Both the position numbers and the translations under genes were made by a program. The notes under the pieces are model-generated. The model searched no databases and was not told the origin of the DNA. It was given only the letters and a program-made list of their open reading frames with translations. This document shows positions 52,103-62,674 of a stretch of 64,000 nucleotides of DNA, in pieces. This stretch comes from an uncultured Chloroflexia bacterium (GTDB lineage: Bacteria > Chloroflexota > UBA6077 > JACCZL01): contig CAVXYC010000021.1 of NCBI GenBank assembly GCA_963765765.1, positions 60,591 to 124,590 on the forward strand, given 5' to 3'. Position 1 is the first letter of the stretch. Every line of letters begins with the position of its first letter.

Positions 52103-53474
52103 ATGCAGCTCGATCGCCAACGCTCGAGTACACGTACACGTACACGCACTCGCAGCTCAGATGCTCTTTCCGATCTGCGTGAGGCCCGCCAACGCACCCT
52201 GGAGGTCATTTCCGACCTTTCGGATGAACAGCTCATGGGTCCGATGCTGCCCATCGTCAACCCACTTCGCTGGGAGGTTGGGCATCTCGGCTGGTTCCAG
52301 GAGCATTGGCTCCTGAATCATTTCAGCGGTGAGCCACCCATCCGCGAGGATGGCGACGCGCTCTATGACTCGATGAAGGTCCCGCACGATGCCCGCTGGG
52401 ACCTGCCACTTCCCACGCGCGAGGAGACGCTGGCGTACATCCAGCGCGTGTTGGACCGAGTGGTCGAGGAGCACGATTCCGGGCGGCTATTGAGTCGCAC
52501 CGCCTCAGACGAGTTTGATGGCCAGTACTTCCTGCGGCCTCGCGCTGTTTCACGAGTGCATGCACGCCGAGGCATTCACCTACACGCGGCAGACTCATGG
52601 ATACCCAGCACCCAGAATGGGAACCGAGCGACGCCGGCCCATGAGTGACCCAAACCGACCGGCCGCGTCACTTGGTGACGCGACAATTCCCGGCGGGACG
52701 ATCAAGCTGGGCGGGCAACAGGGCCGAGACTTTGTCTTTGACAATGAGCTGACCGGATGCGAAGTGCACGTCGACCCGTTTTCGATCTCGCGGACCGCGG
52801 TCTCCAACGGCGAGTTTCTTGAATTTGTTCAGGATGGCGGATACCTCCACCGAGAGCTGTGGGGCGATGACGGCTGGCGCTGGCTGCAACAGGCGGGACT
52901 CGAGCATCCTCGCTACTGGAGGCGGAGCTCTGAGGGCCAGTTTGAACGTCGGGATTTCGACCGCTGGGGGCCATTAGAGCTGGCCCTGCCCGTACTTCAT
53001 GTCAATTGGTACGAGGCTCAGGCTTACTGTCGCTGGGCGAGGCGTCGATTGCCGAGTGAGGCCGAGTGGGAGATGGCGGCCACCTGTGAGCTGGCGCCCG
53101 ACGGACAGAGTCTTGCCGCCCGTAAACGCATCTATCCCTGGGGTGACGAGGCGCCAGATAGCGAGCGCGCCAATCTCGACTGGGAACAGGGCGGCTGTGT
53201 GGACGTCGACGCACTGCCCGAGGGTGATAGCGCATTCGGGGTGCGTCAGCTCATCGGGAATACGTGGGAGTGGACCTCGTCGACCTTCGAGGCGTTCCCC
53301 GGATTCGTGGCGCACCCGTACGACGACTATTCACAACCCTGGTTCGGCGATCACATGGTGCTCCGCGGAGGATGCTGGGCCACTCGATCCAGTCTGATTC
53401 GGGCCTCATACCGCAATTTCTACAAACCCGATCGAGGTGACGTGTGGGCCGGCTTCCGCACCTGCGCACGCTAG
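52103..53474 (+). CDS. senA: Selenoneine synthase SenA (EgtB homologue; +1 indel near 52537)
   Basis: VNPLRWEVGHLGWFQEHW, LYDS..VPHDARWDLPLP, LFHECMHAEAFTYTRQT; FGE-type domain RLPSEAEWE, GNTWEWT, LRGGCW, GFRTC; adjacent to senB and selD. Confidence 0.88.
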
Positions 53475-53580
53475 GCTGAATCCGTACAGGTTTCCATCGC
53501 CCGTCGGGCGAGGTGCGGGTTATACCCCATCACAGTACGGGCAATCGCGGTCACGTTGGCTTGATCTCGAGGCCGCACTG

Positions 53581-54603
53581 ATGCCACGGACTGAGCGGCG
53601 AGTTCGGTCCAGGCGCATTGGCATCGTCACTCCAGCGCCTCCCAGAACCCAATACGGCAATCGCATCACCGCCTTACGCTGGGCTCGGCAGCTCCGGACT
53701 CTCGGACATCGGGTGGAGATCGCGTTGAGCTACGAAGGTCAAGATTGGGATGTCCTGCTGGCGCTTCATGCCCGTCGCAGCCACGCATCGATGCATCGCT
53801 TTTCACTCGAACGCCCGGGCCGACCAATCATTCTGTCCTGGACGGGAACCGATCTCTATCAGGATCTGGACAAGAGCGCGGAGGCGTGGGAGTCGATGAT
53901 GCTCGCGAATCGGATGATCGTGCTCCAGGCTGAAGCACTCACGGTCCTTCCAGAAGCCGTACGGCACAGGGCGCATGTGGTGTACCAGTCCGTGACACTG
54001 CCGCGCCGCGCCGCTGAGGCAGCCATTGATCCGGCGCGATTCTCCGCTCGAGATCGGTTTGACGTCATGGTGGTCGGCCACATCCGGGCAGTCAAAGACT
54101 CTATGCGCACCGCGTTGGCCTCCCGCCTGTTGCCGCCTTCCAGTCCCCTGCGCGTATTTCATTGCGGTGCGATCATGGAGGAGCCTTACGTGCCTCAGGT
54201 GCAGGAGGAGCTGGCAGCCAACCCACGGTACCGCTGGCGGGGAGAAGTTCCGCGCTGGCGAGTGATGAGAATGTTGGCTCGGAGCCAGCTCTTCGTTCAC
54301 ACCTCGCGGCTGGAAGGTGGCGCCAATGCCCTCGGGGAAGCGCTGGTGGCGGGTATCCCGGTGCTTGCGTCCGACATACCCGGCAATGTCGGCTTATTAC
54401 AGGCGGACTACCCCGGACTATTTCCCGTGGGCGATACGCGCGCACTTGCGGAGCTTATGCAGCGTGCCGAGATGGACCGCGATTTTCTCCTGGATCTACG
54501 CGATCGCTGTCTCGAGCAGCAGCCAAGATTCACTCCCGAGCATGAGCGGCAAGGCCTGGCAGCGGTGCTCGCCGTGGCGCTTGATGAAGCTGGTCAACAT
54601 TAA
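53581..54603 (+). CDS. senB: Selenosugar synthase SenB (GT-B glycosyltransferase)
   Basis: IVTPA....GN..TA.RW, ALHARRS, TGTDLY.D, VGH.R..KD, SRLEGGAN...EA, SDIPGNVGLL..DYPGLF.VGD. Confidence 0.9.
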   Translation: MPRTERRVRSRRIGIVTPAPPRTQYGNRITALRWARQLRTLGHRVEIALSYEGQDWDVLLALHARRSHASMHRFSLERPGRPIILSWTGTDLYQDLDKSAEAWESMMLANRMIVLQAEALTVLPEAVRHRAHVVYQSVTLPRRAAEAAIDPARFSARDRFDVMVVGHIRAVKDSMRTALASRLLPPSSPLRVFHCGAIMEEPYVPQVQEELAANPRYRWRGEVPRWRVMRMLARSQLFVHTSRLEGGANALGEALVAGIPVLASDIPGNVGLLQADYPGLFPVGDTRALAELMQRAEMDRDFLLDLRDRCLEQQPRFTPEHERQGLAAVLAVALDEAGQH

Positions 54604-54785
54604 CGCTGACGCTTGCTCGGGCGGTGCGCTTCTCGCATTAACCGAGAGTTAGCTGGTTGCATGCGGCAACACTGTAATGGCTCGCGCCCCGTACGCGGTC
54701 AGAGCGTCTCGATGACGCTCACACTTCGTAAGGTGCCGGCCGAAGCCATCAGCACGGAGCGTTAAGATCGGGTAGGGGAAACAAT

Positions 54786-54905
54786 CGTAGCACTGGGGGC
54801 TTGTCCCCTGTGCCTGGATCTCGGACTGACGCATTCGCGGAGAACTCTCCCGAATCCCGTCGTTGGAGGCACTCCAGGCACAGGGGACAAGCCCCCAGTG
54901 CTACG
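54786..54905. repeat. GTAG-type REP doublet (family C)
   Basis: Perfect 33-bp arms cgtagcactgggggcttgtcccctgtgcctgga / tccaggcacaggggacaagcccccagtgctacg. Confidence 0.85.
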
Positions 54906-55380
54906 GCCATCGTTCGGTGGGTCGTCCCTCGAAATCTAAGCTGTCTGAGCCGTGCTCTGCTGGAGTGGCCCGCATCTCGCACTCTCCACACCCGCGCACG
55001 ACCCAGCATTTGTCAGGCGCGCTCCAATGAAGGAGCCGCCGGCTCAGTTGTCGTCTTCGTCCGGATTCCCCGATGGGTTCGGATCGTTAATGGAGTTGCC
55101 GCCGTACTCTTCGATCTCCGTTTCGGGATCAACGGGTTCGAGTTCGGTAACCATCAGTGCTCGCACACTGAACATCGATGCCAATGCGTCGTACATTACT
55201 CTGCTCCTGTTCGCAGCCATGGCTGAACCCTGGCACGCGCCGTTTTTAGATGGAGAAACCTTAGGTCATCACGGAGCTTACCCGCCACGTGCGACGGTCT
55301 GACATCGTTGCCAGATGGCCCGCATCGGCCATTCGACCACACTGGCTTCTGGCGGCTGGTTGGCCCGGCCCAACGAGGTT

Positions 55381-55701
55381 TTAGTCTAGGGCTCCGCCGG
55401 TCTTTTCGTCCCAGCCCAGGTGCTCGAATTCTTCCCGAGGCTTCGAGATAAAAATTGAGGTCTCGAGCCCATCATCGATGGCATCCGTCGGGATGTAGAA
55501 ATGATGACCAAGGCCAAACAAGCCGGTCTTCACTTCCATAACCTCATCTGGCGTCGTGCTGGTGGGACTTGAGACCGCGCCGCCTGCGTGTCCAGTCGGA
55601 TCGGTGTAGCGAAACACCCGAGCGATCGTTCCGACCTTCTCTCCTGCCATATCGTAGACAGTCATGCCTGGCGCCACGCGTCCTAAATATGTGCTCTGCA
55701 T
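55381..55701 (-). CDS. Small PRC-barrel/DUF2171-like protein
   Basis: GMTVYDMAGEKVGTI, EVKTGLFGLG..FYIP; RBS aaggaggt. Confidence 0.75.
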   Translation of the reverse strand: MQSTYLGRVAPGMTVYDMAGEKVGTIARVFRYTDPTGHAGGAVSSPTSTTPDEVMEVKTGLFGLGHHFYIPTDAIDDGLETSIFISKPREEFEHLGWDEKTGGALD

Positions 55702-55774
55702 CGCTGACCTCCTTGTAGGAATGGGCCGGGTCATCTCCCGCCCTCAGCGGATGGTTCCTCCTAACCAGTGATGC

Positions 55775-55790
55775 TGCAAAACGTGTGCCA
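55775..55790 (-). promoter_or_regulatory. Sigma-54 (-24/-12) consensus promoter
   Basis: Minus strand TGGCACACGTTTTGCA is a full match to TGGCAC-N5-TTGCA, 74 bp upstream of the 55701 start. Confidence 0.6.
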
Positions 55791-55905
55791 ACCATCCTTA
55801 CTTGATGGCAACTGGCAGGTCTCATCATTCTGCTCGTCCGCGTCGACATACCAGCGACATCAAGTCCCGCACCACCCGCGGACTGAGCTGGACGGTCACT
55901 GACCA

Positions 55906-56439
55906 TCAAGCCCGGTCAGCCGTCGTTTCTTCTTCGATCATGCGAAGCACGGGGACTTGACCATCCGTGAAGTCGAACGCGTCATGGATGCGCTCGACGT
56001 GCATCTCGAGAACGTCCAGCCCCTCACACTCGACACGTGAGAAGTAACCCAGTTCCGCGGCATCATCACTCGCCCTGGGCGTCCCCGCCAGCACCTTGAC
56101 CTCGAAGAGCACCGAAGCCGCTTGAACCCGATTCCCATCCGGGTATTCGAGAAGCCAGTCCGGGACTGCTGTAGATGCCGATGACTCCAGTCGGAACAGT
56201 CTCCAGGCCGGTTTCCTCGCGCACCTCTCGTTGGCAAGCTTCGGAGAAACTCTCTCCCGGTTCCAGCCCCCCCTGGGCAAGCACCACTGGCCGTTGTCCG
56301 TTCTCCGCGTCAGGAGGATCTTCGACCGGCCGCCATTGTAAATCGCGGCCTCGCAGCCCGCGCGGATCTCCCCCAGTTTTCCGACACGATGGCCACGAAT
56401 AACCTTGGTGCGCTGCGTATTCGGGTCATCTTGGGCCAC
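55906..56439 (-). CDS. NUDIX hydrolase (two frameshifts)
   Basis: ILLTRRTDNGQWCLP joined to GGLEPGESFSEACQREVREETGL (Nudix box), then YPDGNRVQ. Confidence 0.85.
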   Translation of the reverse strand: MAQDDPNTQRTKVIRGHRVGKLGEIRAGCEAAIYNGGRSKILLTRRTDNGQWCLPRGGWNRERVSPKLANERCARKPAWRLFRLESSASTAVPDWLLEYPDGNRVQAASVLFEVKVLAGTPRASDDAAELGYFSRVECEGLDVLEMHVERIHDAFDFTDGQVPVLRMIEEETTADRA

Positions 56440-56486
56440 AGAGACCCTCCTCCTGATCTCTAACTCGGTTCAAGGGGCGAGAGCAT

Positions 56487-56502
56487 TGCAGACACGGTGC
56501 CA
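56487..56502 (-). promoter_or_regulatory. Candidate sigma-54 promoter
   Basis: Minus strand TGGCACCGTGTCTGCA, 48 bp upstream of the NUDIX start. Confidence 0.45.
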
Positions 56503-56817
56503 CCGTATCGAATGGAAAGGAGTCCAGGGGACCTTGGACTCCAGCTAACTGTGGTCAGTGCCGAAGATAGACCGGAACTCGATCAGAATACGGATCTCCG
56601 AGATCGAGCGATAAAAAGTTGATCGCATCGACCGCGGTGCCATGACCGTACGCCCGGTCCGAGATGGCCCCAAAGGCAGGAGTGGGTAAACCCAGCAGGT
56701 GGTAGAGTGAAAGAAGATCTGCATTTCGCGGGTGCGGAATCCGAGCTCGGCACCCGCGCACAGCTACCCGGGGGGCGTCTGCCGCTTACCGCCGGATTCG
56801 GACACGAATGAGAGGAC

Positions 56818-57099
56818 ATGATGGGAGACGAGTTCAGGGACGAGGTTGAAACGGCCCTTGCGCGCGAGCTTGGGGCGTCCCGGATACCAGTCCCCAGGGA
56901 TGGGCATCCGCACGTGACCCAGGTTGCGGATGAGCAGGTTGCCGTTGAGTGGCGACTGGCGGACGGAAGTACCTCCCTCCTCGAGAGCGGCCTCTCGGTG
57001 TGCGAGGCAGTGCTGACCGCGCTGGGCTACGACGTTCGGACAGTCAACGCCAGTCAGCAGCTGCTCGTCGCGCGCGGCACGGTCCCGAAACCGAGTTGA
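56818..57099 (+). CDS. Hypothetical protein (93 aa)
   Basis: ORF with GC-ending codon bias and gagg upstream; no family recognised. Confidence 0.4.
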   Translation: MMGDEFRDEVETALARELGASRIPVPRDGHPHVTQVADEQVAVEWRLADGSTSLLESGLSVCEAVLTALGYDVRTVNASQQLLVARGTVPKPS

Positions 57100-57722
57100 C
57101 GGTGTAGCCTGTCGGGCCGCGGGGAGCATCTGCGTTGGTCCCGATGAGGCGCGACAGGGCACGCCACACAATAATTGGGCTATCGATGCTTCACCGTTGG
57201 CCGCGCAGTTTCGCCGTATCAATGGGATAGTGGACCAGACTTAGCGCTTCCCCAACTTGCGGCGAAGCCCTTCGTCTAGCAAAAGTTTGATGCGGCTAGG
57301 CTGCGGCATCCAACCGACGTTCCCACACTAACGCAGCCGCAATCACGCGACATCAGAGTTCACCGCTGTCCCATACTGAGAAAGCTCACTGATCTGGAGG
57401 CTGCTTCGGACAGTGGCACATGATTACCCCAAAGGCCAACACATAGTCCATCGCGGGCTGATAGTAGCGACCTTGATGCCGAGATTGGGGTGCAATGCAG
57501 GCGGATATCCAGCCACTGGACACCGCAGGCCCCGAGTGATCTTGCCATCCCCAGGACGGGGGCCGAATGTCCCATGTGCGGGTTCCCGCATTGGCACCTT
57601 CAATACGTGCGCGCCTGTGGTCACCCGGCCGGCGCGCCCCCGGGATGGAGCGACCGAGGCGCCGAGGTATCCGTTGACACCAGTAAGGCGCGGCAACACG
57701 CTGGCGCGAGGAGGAACTTCCG

Positions 57723-58322
57723 ATGGCACTCACGCGAACCCTGGCTGTATTGGCGTTGATGGGCGGACTGCTGCACCTGTCCCCCATGATGACAGTCGTG
57801 CGGGCCCAGGAAACTTGCTTCGATGAGGCTCCTACGATTACGGGAGCGGGCGTCATCCTGGGCACCGCCCAGCGGGACGTGATCATGGGGAGCACGGGCG
57901 ACGACTTCATCGACGGCGCGGGCGGTGACGATCTGATCTGCGGCGACGATGGCGAAGACTTCATCGTCGGGGGCGATGGCGACGACGAGCTGGACGGGGG
58001 CGAGGCGAACGACACACTTGTCGGCGGGGACGGCGCCGACCGCCTGTACGGGCGAGACGGCCAGGACCACCTGAGCGGCGACGACGGCGACGATCGCTTG
58101 AGCGGCGGTGACGGGCGGGACTGGCTGAGCGGCGGCACAGGGCGGAACGAGCTCTTCGGCGGCGAGGGCGACGACGTCCTCATCGGAGGACTCGAGCGGG
58201 ACGAGCTGGAAGGCGGCGACGGGAACGACACGCTGGCGGCGGGCGACGGTCAGGACCGGTGCGACGGTGGAGAGGGCACGGACAGCCAGTCCGGCTGCGA
58301 AGAGGTGGCCTCCATCCCCTGA
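57723..58322 (+). CDS. Secreted RTX/hemolysin-type calcium-binding repeat protein
   Basis: Signal peptide and about 13 GGxGxDxL nonapeptides, ending DRCDGGEGTD...CE; RBS gaggagg. Confidence 0.9.
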   Translation: MALTRTLAVLALMGGLLHLSPMMTVVRAQETCFDEAPTITGAGVILGTAQRDVIMGSTGDDFIDGAGGDDLICGDDGEDFIVGGDGDDELDGGEANDTLVGGDGADRLYGRDGQDHLSGDDGDDRLSGGDGRDWLSGGTGRNELFGGEGDDVLIGGLERDELEGGDGNDTLAAGDGQDRCDGGEGTDSQSGCEEVASIP

Positions 58323-59118
58323 TGCCCGCGGTCGGCTCGGGGCCGTCGGCGGCCCCGAGCCGACCGGAGACAATGCGCCGTCCCTCTCGCGGTCATGACC
58401 TCGGCTCGCCCGGATACGGCGATTGCCGCCGTGTCCCTGCGGCTCGTTGACCGTGACGGGACGACTCGGAGTCATCGCGCTGACATCCCGCCCGACGACG
58501 ACCCCAATCAGGCCGAGCGACCGACGCCGGTGTTGGGCCGCCAGGTGGTCCGCTTGTTGGGATCCCGGAGCGGCGGCTCAGCCTAGTAGAAGTCCGGCGG
58601 TGCCCGACAGGTCGCTCGGCTGCGGGAGCCGCACCCCAGCACCTCGACGGGCGCCCGCTCCTCGGCCTGTTTCTGCTTCAATTTCCGCCCACGCTTCGCC
58701 GCGCAGCCGCGCGCCAGTAGCAGGCGCAGCGTTCGTTGACCCACTGCAGCCACAAGGGCTTCGGCGCTTCTGGCGCAGTGGCAACAATGGCACCGTGGCC
58801 CTCGGTCCGGGCGAGTCCCTGCCGGAACGGACGATCGCCCAGATGAACTACTTCGCGCGGTCGTTCAGGCGCAGTCTGCAGTCCCTTAGCCGCTTTCCTT
58901 TAAGACGCGTCGGTGCCTCTGATCAGGGGGGCTAACGTGTCGAGCCAGCCTCAATGCCATGAGCAGTACGGCTCTTTTTCTGCTGACATCTTCGCGCTAC
59001 CGAGTATGTAAACTTGGGTACTCGGATGAAGGCATAAGCAGCGACTCGGCTAGCCCTGGGGATGCGCGGTTCTGCTATGGTTTCCGCGGGTATTGGGTGG
59101 CTCGTTTGGCAAGGACCA

Positions 59119-59507
59119 ATGACCGCTCAGAACAGTGGCAAAACAGCGGGGCACGCGAACCTTCGTCCGTGGCAGCCCGAAAATCCGGGTGGCTGGCCCG
59201 CGGCGGGATCCGGTGACTGCCGAGCTGCGGAAGCAGATGACCCCCGAGGTGGCCGCCAACATCGCCGGCTCGCTCATCCTGCTCGTGCGCTGCCCCAATA
59301 AAACGCAGCTCGACGCCATCAACAGCATCATGGACAGAGTTGGAGGAGAACCGGTTGTCAGGATGGAGCACGGCGAGGCGGGCGCGTTTCGACCCGATCG
59401 GCGCGGCCCTGGACGAGTACAGCGTGGACGAGCTCCGTGGCATGCTACGCGTACTGCGCGATCAGGCGACCGAAGGGGAACGCTCGAGTCAGTCTGGTGA
59501 CTCTTGA
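59119..59507 (+). pseudogene. Degraded DUF5681-like (phage small-terminase-like) gene
   Basis: NLRPWQP-ENPGGWP (decayed PGQSGNPGGRP) and AINSIMDRVGGEPVVRMEHG across shifted frames. Confidence 0.45.
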
Positions 59508-59630
59508 TTCCAATTTTCCTCGGAGTCCTCGGGAGAGAGACCTTGAACGACATCGAGGACGCTGACGGCGATCTGATGGCCGGGCGACCGACCATTCCCC
59601 TGTGCCTCGGTCACCGGTGGGCCTATCGAC
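59504..59630 (+). pseudogene. UbiA-family prenyltransferase fragment
   Basis: GRETLNDIEDADGDLMAGRPTIPLCLG, the second Asp-rich motif only. Confidence 0.55.
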
Positions 59631-59769
59631 ACGACGAGTACAGGGCGGGCAACAATCTGGGCACTCGGAGTTCCGCATGGACTGGCTCAAGGTGGACGAT
59701 CTTGCCGAGGATCTGCGTCGCCGCCTGGAGCGTGGGAAGCGGCGGGATGTACCGGACGTGCTGAGACCC

Positions 59770-60333
59770 ATGAGACAGATCCATGCGCTGACCATTGCGC
59801 TCGTGATGGCGGGCCTGGCCGCCGCGGCGTGTAATCCACAACGTTCCACGCCCGCCACGGAGCCGACTCGGGCTTCGTCCCAGGTCAGCTCCGCAAGCGC
59901 CCGAGCCACAACGGCCGAAGGTCCCGGTGGCGTCACGTTTGACAACCGGCTTGAGCTGGTGTCATTTCACCTCAGCAGCACGACCCTTCGGCCTGGCGAC
60001 GGCCTGGAGGTCACCGTGCGCTGGCGTAGCCTGGCGCCGATCGCCGCCGATCTGCGTGCATTCGCCGAGCTCACCGACCCGGCCGGCGAGGAGATCGCCG
60101 GTGACACCGACGTGATCGGTACCCGCGCGCATGCCACATCGACGTGGGCGATCAATGAGGAGGGGCAGCACATCCTCCGACTGGACATGCCGGCGCGCAT
60201 CCCCGCCGGACCCGCCGAGCTCCGGGTGGGCGTCCTGGACACGGACGAGACGACACGATTGCCGGTGTCCTTCCCAGGAAGCGTGCCCGGTGGCCCGACC
60301 TGGACCACGCTGGCGGTATTCGCGAGCGATTAA
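59770..60333 (+). CDS. Lipoprotein, hypothetical
   Basis: Lipobox AAAC, Ser/Thr linker, F...LEL......LRPGD.LEVTVRW beta-sandwich pattern. Confidence 0.7.
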   Translation: MRQIHALTIALVMAGLAAAACNPQRSTPATEPTRASSQVSSASARATTAEGPGGVTFDNRLELVSFHLSSTTLRPGDGLEVTVRWRSLAPIAADLRAFAELTDPAGEEIAGDTDVIGTRAHATSTWAINEEGQHILRLDMPARIPAGPAELRVGVLDTDETTRLPVSFPGSVPGGPTWTTLAVFASD

Positions 60334-61132
60334 GGGGCAGCGTGGGTGAGCCGGCGAAGGTCGCTGGCCCAGGAAGAACGCCCCCTTAGATGCTCGACTC
60401 ATAGTGAAAACGCTCGATCGCCTGGCTGTTCATTGTGGTGGTAGCCATTTCGTTGAGGTATGAAAATCGACGAGACGGAGCAGCGGAGATTCCGCGATCA
60501 CGCTCAGGTGAGGGGGGCAGAATGGCTGCCTACCGAGCCTCCGTCAATTTTGTGACGCGCTTGAAACATCTCGTATCTTTGGCGCCTTTGTCTCCAGGTA
60601 CACAATGAAGGAGCACGCATCGAAGTATCTGGGGCTTGGGAACGCTGTGCTAGGCAGCCGACACTGTCAGAACATGGCGACCGGGGCTCACCACGGAACA
60701 AACCACCCACCCGATTGCCTCAGAAGAGCAGGCCTCTCCTTGCGCGCTGCGGCTACGAAGGACGTGCAGAAATGAAAAATGAGCATCCATAGGACGAACG
60801 ATCAGGCCAGAGACGATATGGTCGGGCGATTTCCGGGTGGCGCTTCACACCGTCGAGCGGAGCCCGTCGGACGAGGCCGTCGGAGAGCTGCGATCGGCCG
60901 CGGCTCCCATCATGGACCGACTCCGAGCGGAGTATCGGGCTGCCGGAAATACGGACGGCGATGGCCCCGCGATGTTCCGCTGGCTTCGGCCGAAGCTGGC
61001 GAACCGCGACTCGGCGGCAGCACGCGACTGGGCTCGTGAGGCGGGAAGGCATACGCCTCAACGTTCAGTTCGCTGAATGTCGGCGATATTCTGCTCCGCC
61101 GAATGGGGGTGCTCGGCTACGAGCATCCTTTT

Positions 61133-61357
61133 CTAGCGCGAAACAATGCACGTCCTCGCACGAGCCTTTACAACGCGCACAGAGCCCCATTTGAAGATGC
61201 CCAGCTCACGAGTTCCATTTGAGTGCTGCACCACGATGGGGATGGCCTGTGATGGCGCCACGTTGAAGCGGGGCGTGATCGTCGTCTCGGCGAACCCTTC
61301 GAGGCCGAACCGGCGCATCAGGGGGCTGGGATCACCCAGCGTGTAGCGTCCGCACAT
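61133..61357 (-). pseudogene. SOS response-associated peptidase (SRAP), N-terminal fragment
   Basis: MCGRY...PRFNVAPSQ...KWG, then similarity stops. Confidence 0.8.
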
Positions 61358-61407
61358 ACAGCACATCGTACCGATTCCGTGCTGGTATCTATCGGCCTGC
61401 CTGGAAC

Positions 61408-61743
61408 TTACTGACTGCGCGGTCCGAAGATGATCGCTGCAACTCCAGCCAGACAAATTACGGCTCCGATCAGAACCCAATGGTCGGCTTCGAACCCATC
61501 GAAGAGTCCCCATACCAACGAGAGCACCACAAAGACGCCGCCTTAGGCGGCATACACGCGTCCGAAGTGCGGATCGGGCTGGAACGTCGGAATTACCCCG
61601 TAGGCTACCAGCACGAGCGCTCCAATCAGACCGAACGGCCAGGGGCGATCTTCCCGAAGCCACTGCCATACCAGCCAACCATCGCCGATCTCTGCTACCC
61701 CAGCGCGCGCGAACAGGACCAATACGCGTGCGACATCAGGCAT
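61408..61743 (-). pseudogene. ynfA: YnfA (UPF0060) membrane protein with internal TAA
   Basis: AEIG.GWLVWQWLR...[21 protein letters not shown]...IGAVICLAG; stop at 61543-61545. Confidence 0.8.
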
Positions 61744-62116
61744 GGTGTCCGAGCTGCTGCATCCGGTCCCAGGTGTCTTCCAGGCTCCAGACATCCGAAA
61801 GTCGTCCGTCCAGCACGCGAAAGATGAAGATCTCGTGCACTTGATCCATGCGTTTGCCAGTTGCAGGTTGACCGATGAAGGGGCCTTCCTGTGTCCCAGA
61901 GCAGGTGCAATGCTCCACCACCCGATCATCCTCGCCGATGAGATCGACGATGTCCTGACGCCAATCTGGAAGCGCTTGAAGGAATACTGTAAATGCATCT
62001 CGGAATCGGTCTGCGAGCCGCGGCGCGCATAGCTCCTCCAGCACTTCGAATCTCCGCTCGTTCATTGCCTCCTGAACCAAGCGGCGGAAAAATGTCTTAT
62101 TTGACTCGGTTCGCAT
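61736..62116 (-). CDS. SnoaL-like ester cyclase
   Basis: SNK..FRRLV.E.MN, ALPDW, GEDDRVV, GTQEGPFIG.PATGK, MQQLG. Confidence 0.85.
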   Translation of the reverse strand: MRTESNKTFFRRLVQEAMNERRFEVLEELCAPRLADRFRDAFTVFLQALPDWRQDIVDLIGEDDRVVEHCTCSGTQEGPFIGQPATGKRMDQVHEIFIFRVLDGRLSDVWSLEDTWDRMQQLGHHA

Positions 62117-62674
62117 CTCTCTCGCTTTGTCTTGTTTCTTGCGCTCATTGGAGTCCAGCGTCTGCCAATGGATAGTAGGGTAGGCTCTGGCGGTGGCATC
62201 CTGCGCTGGGCATCGTTGGCGTCAACACCCACCACACGAGCCACTGCAAGTACGGCTTCGTGTTCACGCGCGAGATCACACATTGGCCGGAGGACGTCGG
62301 CCGTCTCTGCCTCATTTGGACCCACAATGCCCATCTGCGCACGGAGACACGCAGGAAAGAGCGGCAGCAAGCACAATCTCAGAACCAGTGCTAGGGCCTC
62401 GATGCTTCGGGCTCGCCGAAGCCCCTTATACCGATGACAACGCCACCGTTCGATCCGATAGGGATGATCTCCTCTGAACGGAGCCGATTCGGTCCGTTTC
62501 GTGGCGGATCCACTTGCACCCGATCAGGGGCGGATCAGACTTCCGTGGTAGCGTTGGCGCGCCTTGCTAACACTCGACGCGTGAACAGGATTAAGACACC
62601 ATACCCCAGCCGGCCGAGGCCGTTTCTCGGGCCGCTGTGGGGGCCTTACCAGCCGTGTTGCGCCCCGGATGAAG

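Noticed and set aside
52128-52152. gtacac microsatellite at the senA 5' end as a phase-variation tract
   Set aside because: The 6-bp unit keeps the frame and there are only about three copies.
57386-58475. Long minus-strand ORFs (281 and 284 aa)
   Set aside because: Antisense shadows of the RTX repeat gene; the same applies to 44300-45004, 22367-23122 and 31581-32504.
60480-60660. Possible RAYT transposase C-terminal remnant (EIPR, YTMKE)
   Set aside because: Too short and degenerate; no HUH motif nearby.
61481-61497. tggtcggcttcgaaccc as an att copy of the tRNA end
   Set aside because: Only 7 bases match and it lies within the ynfA coding frame.
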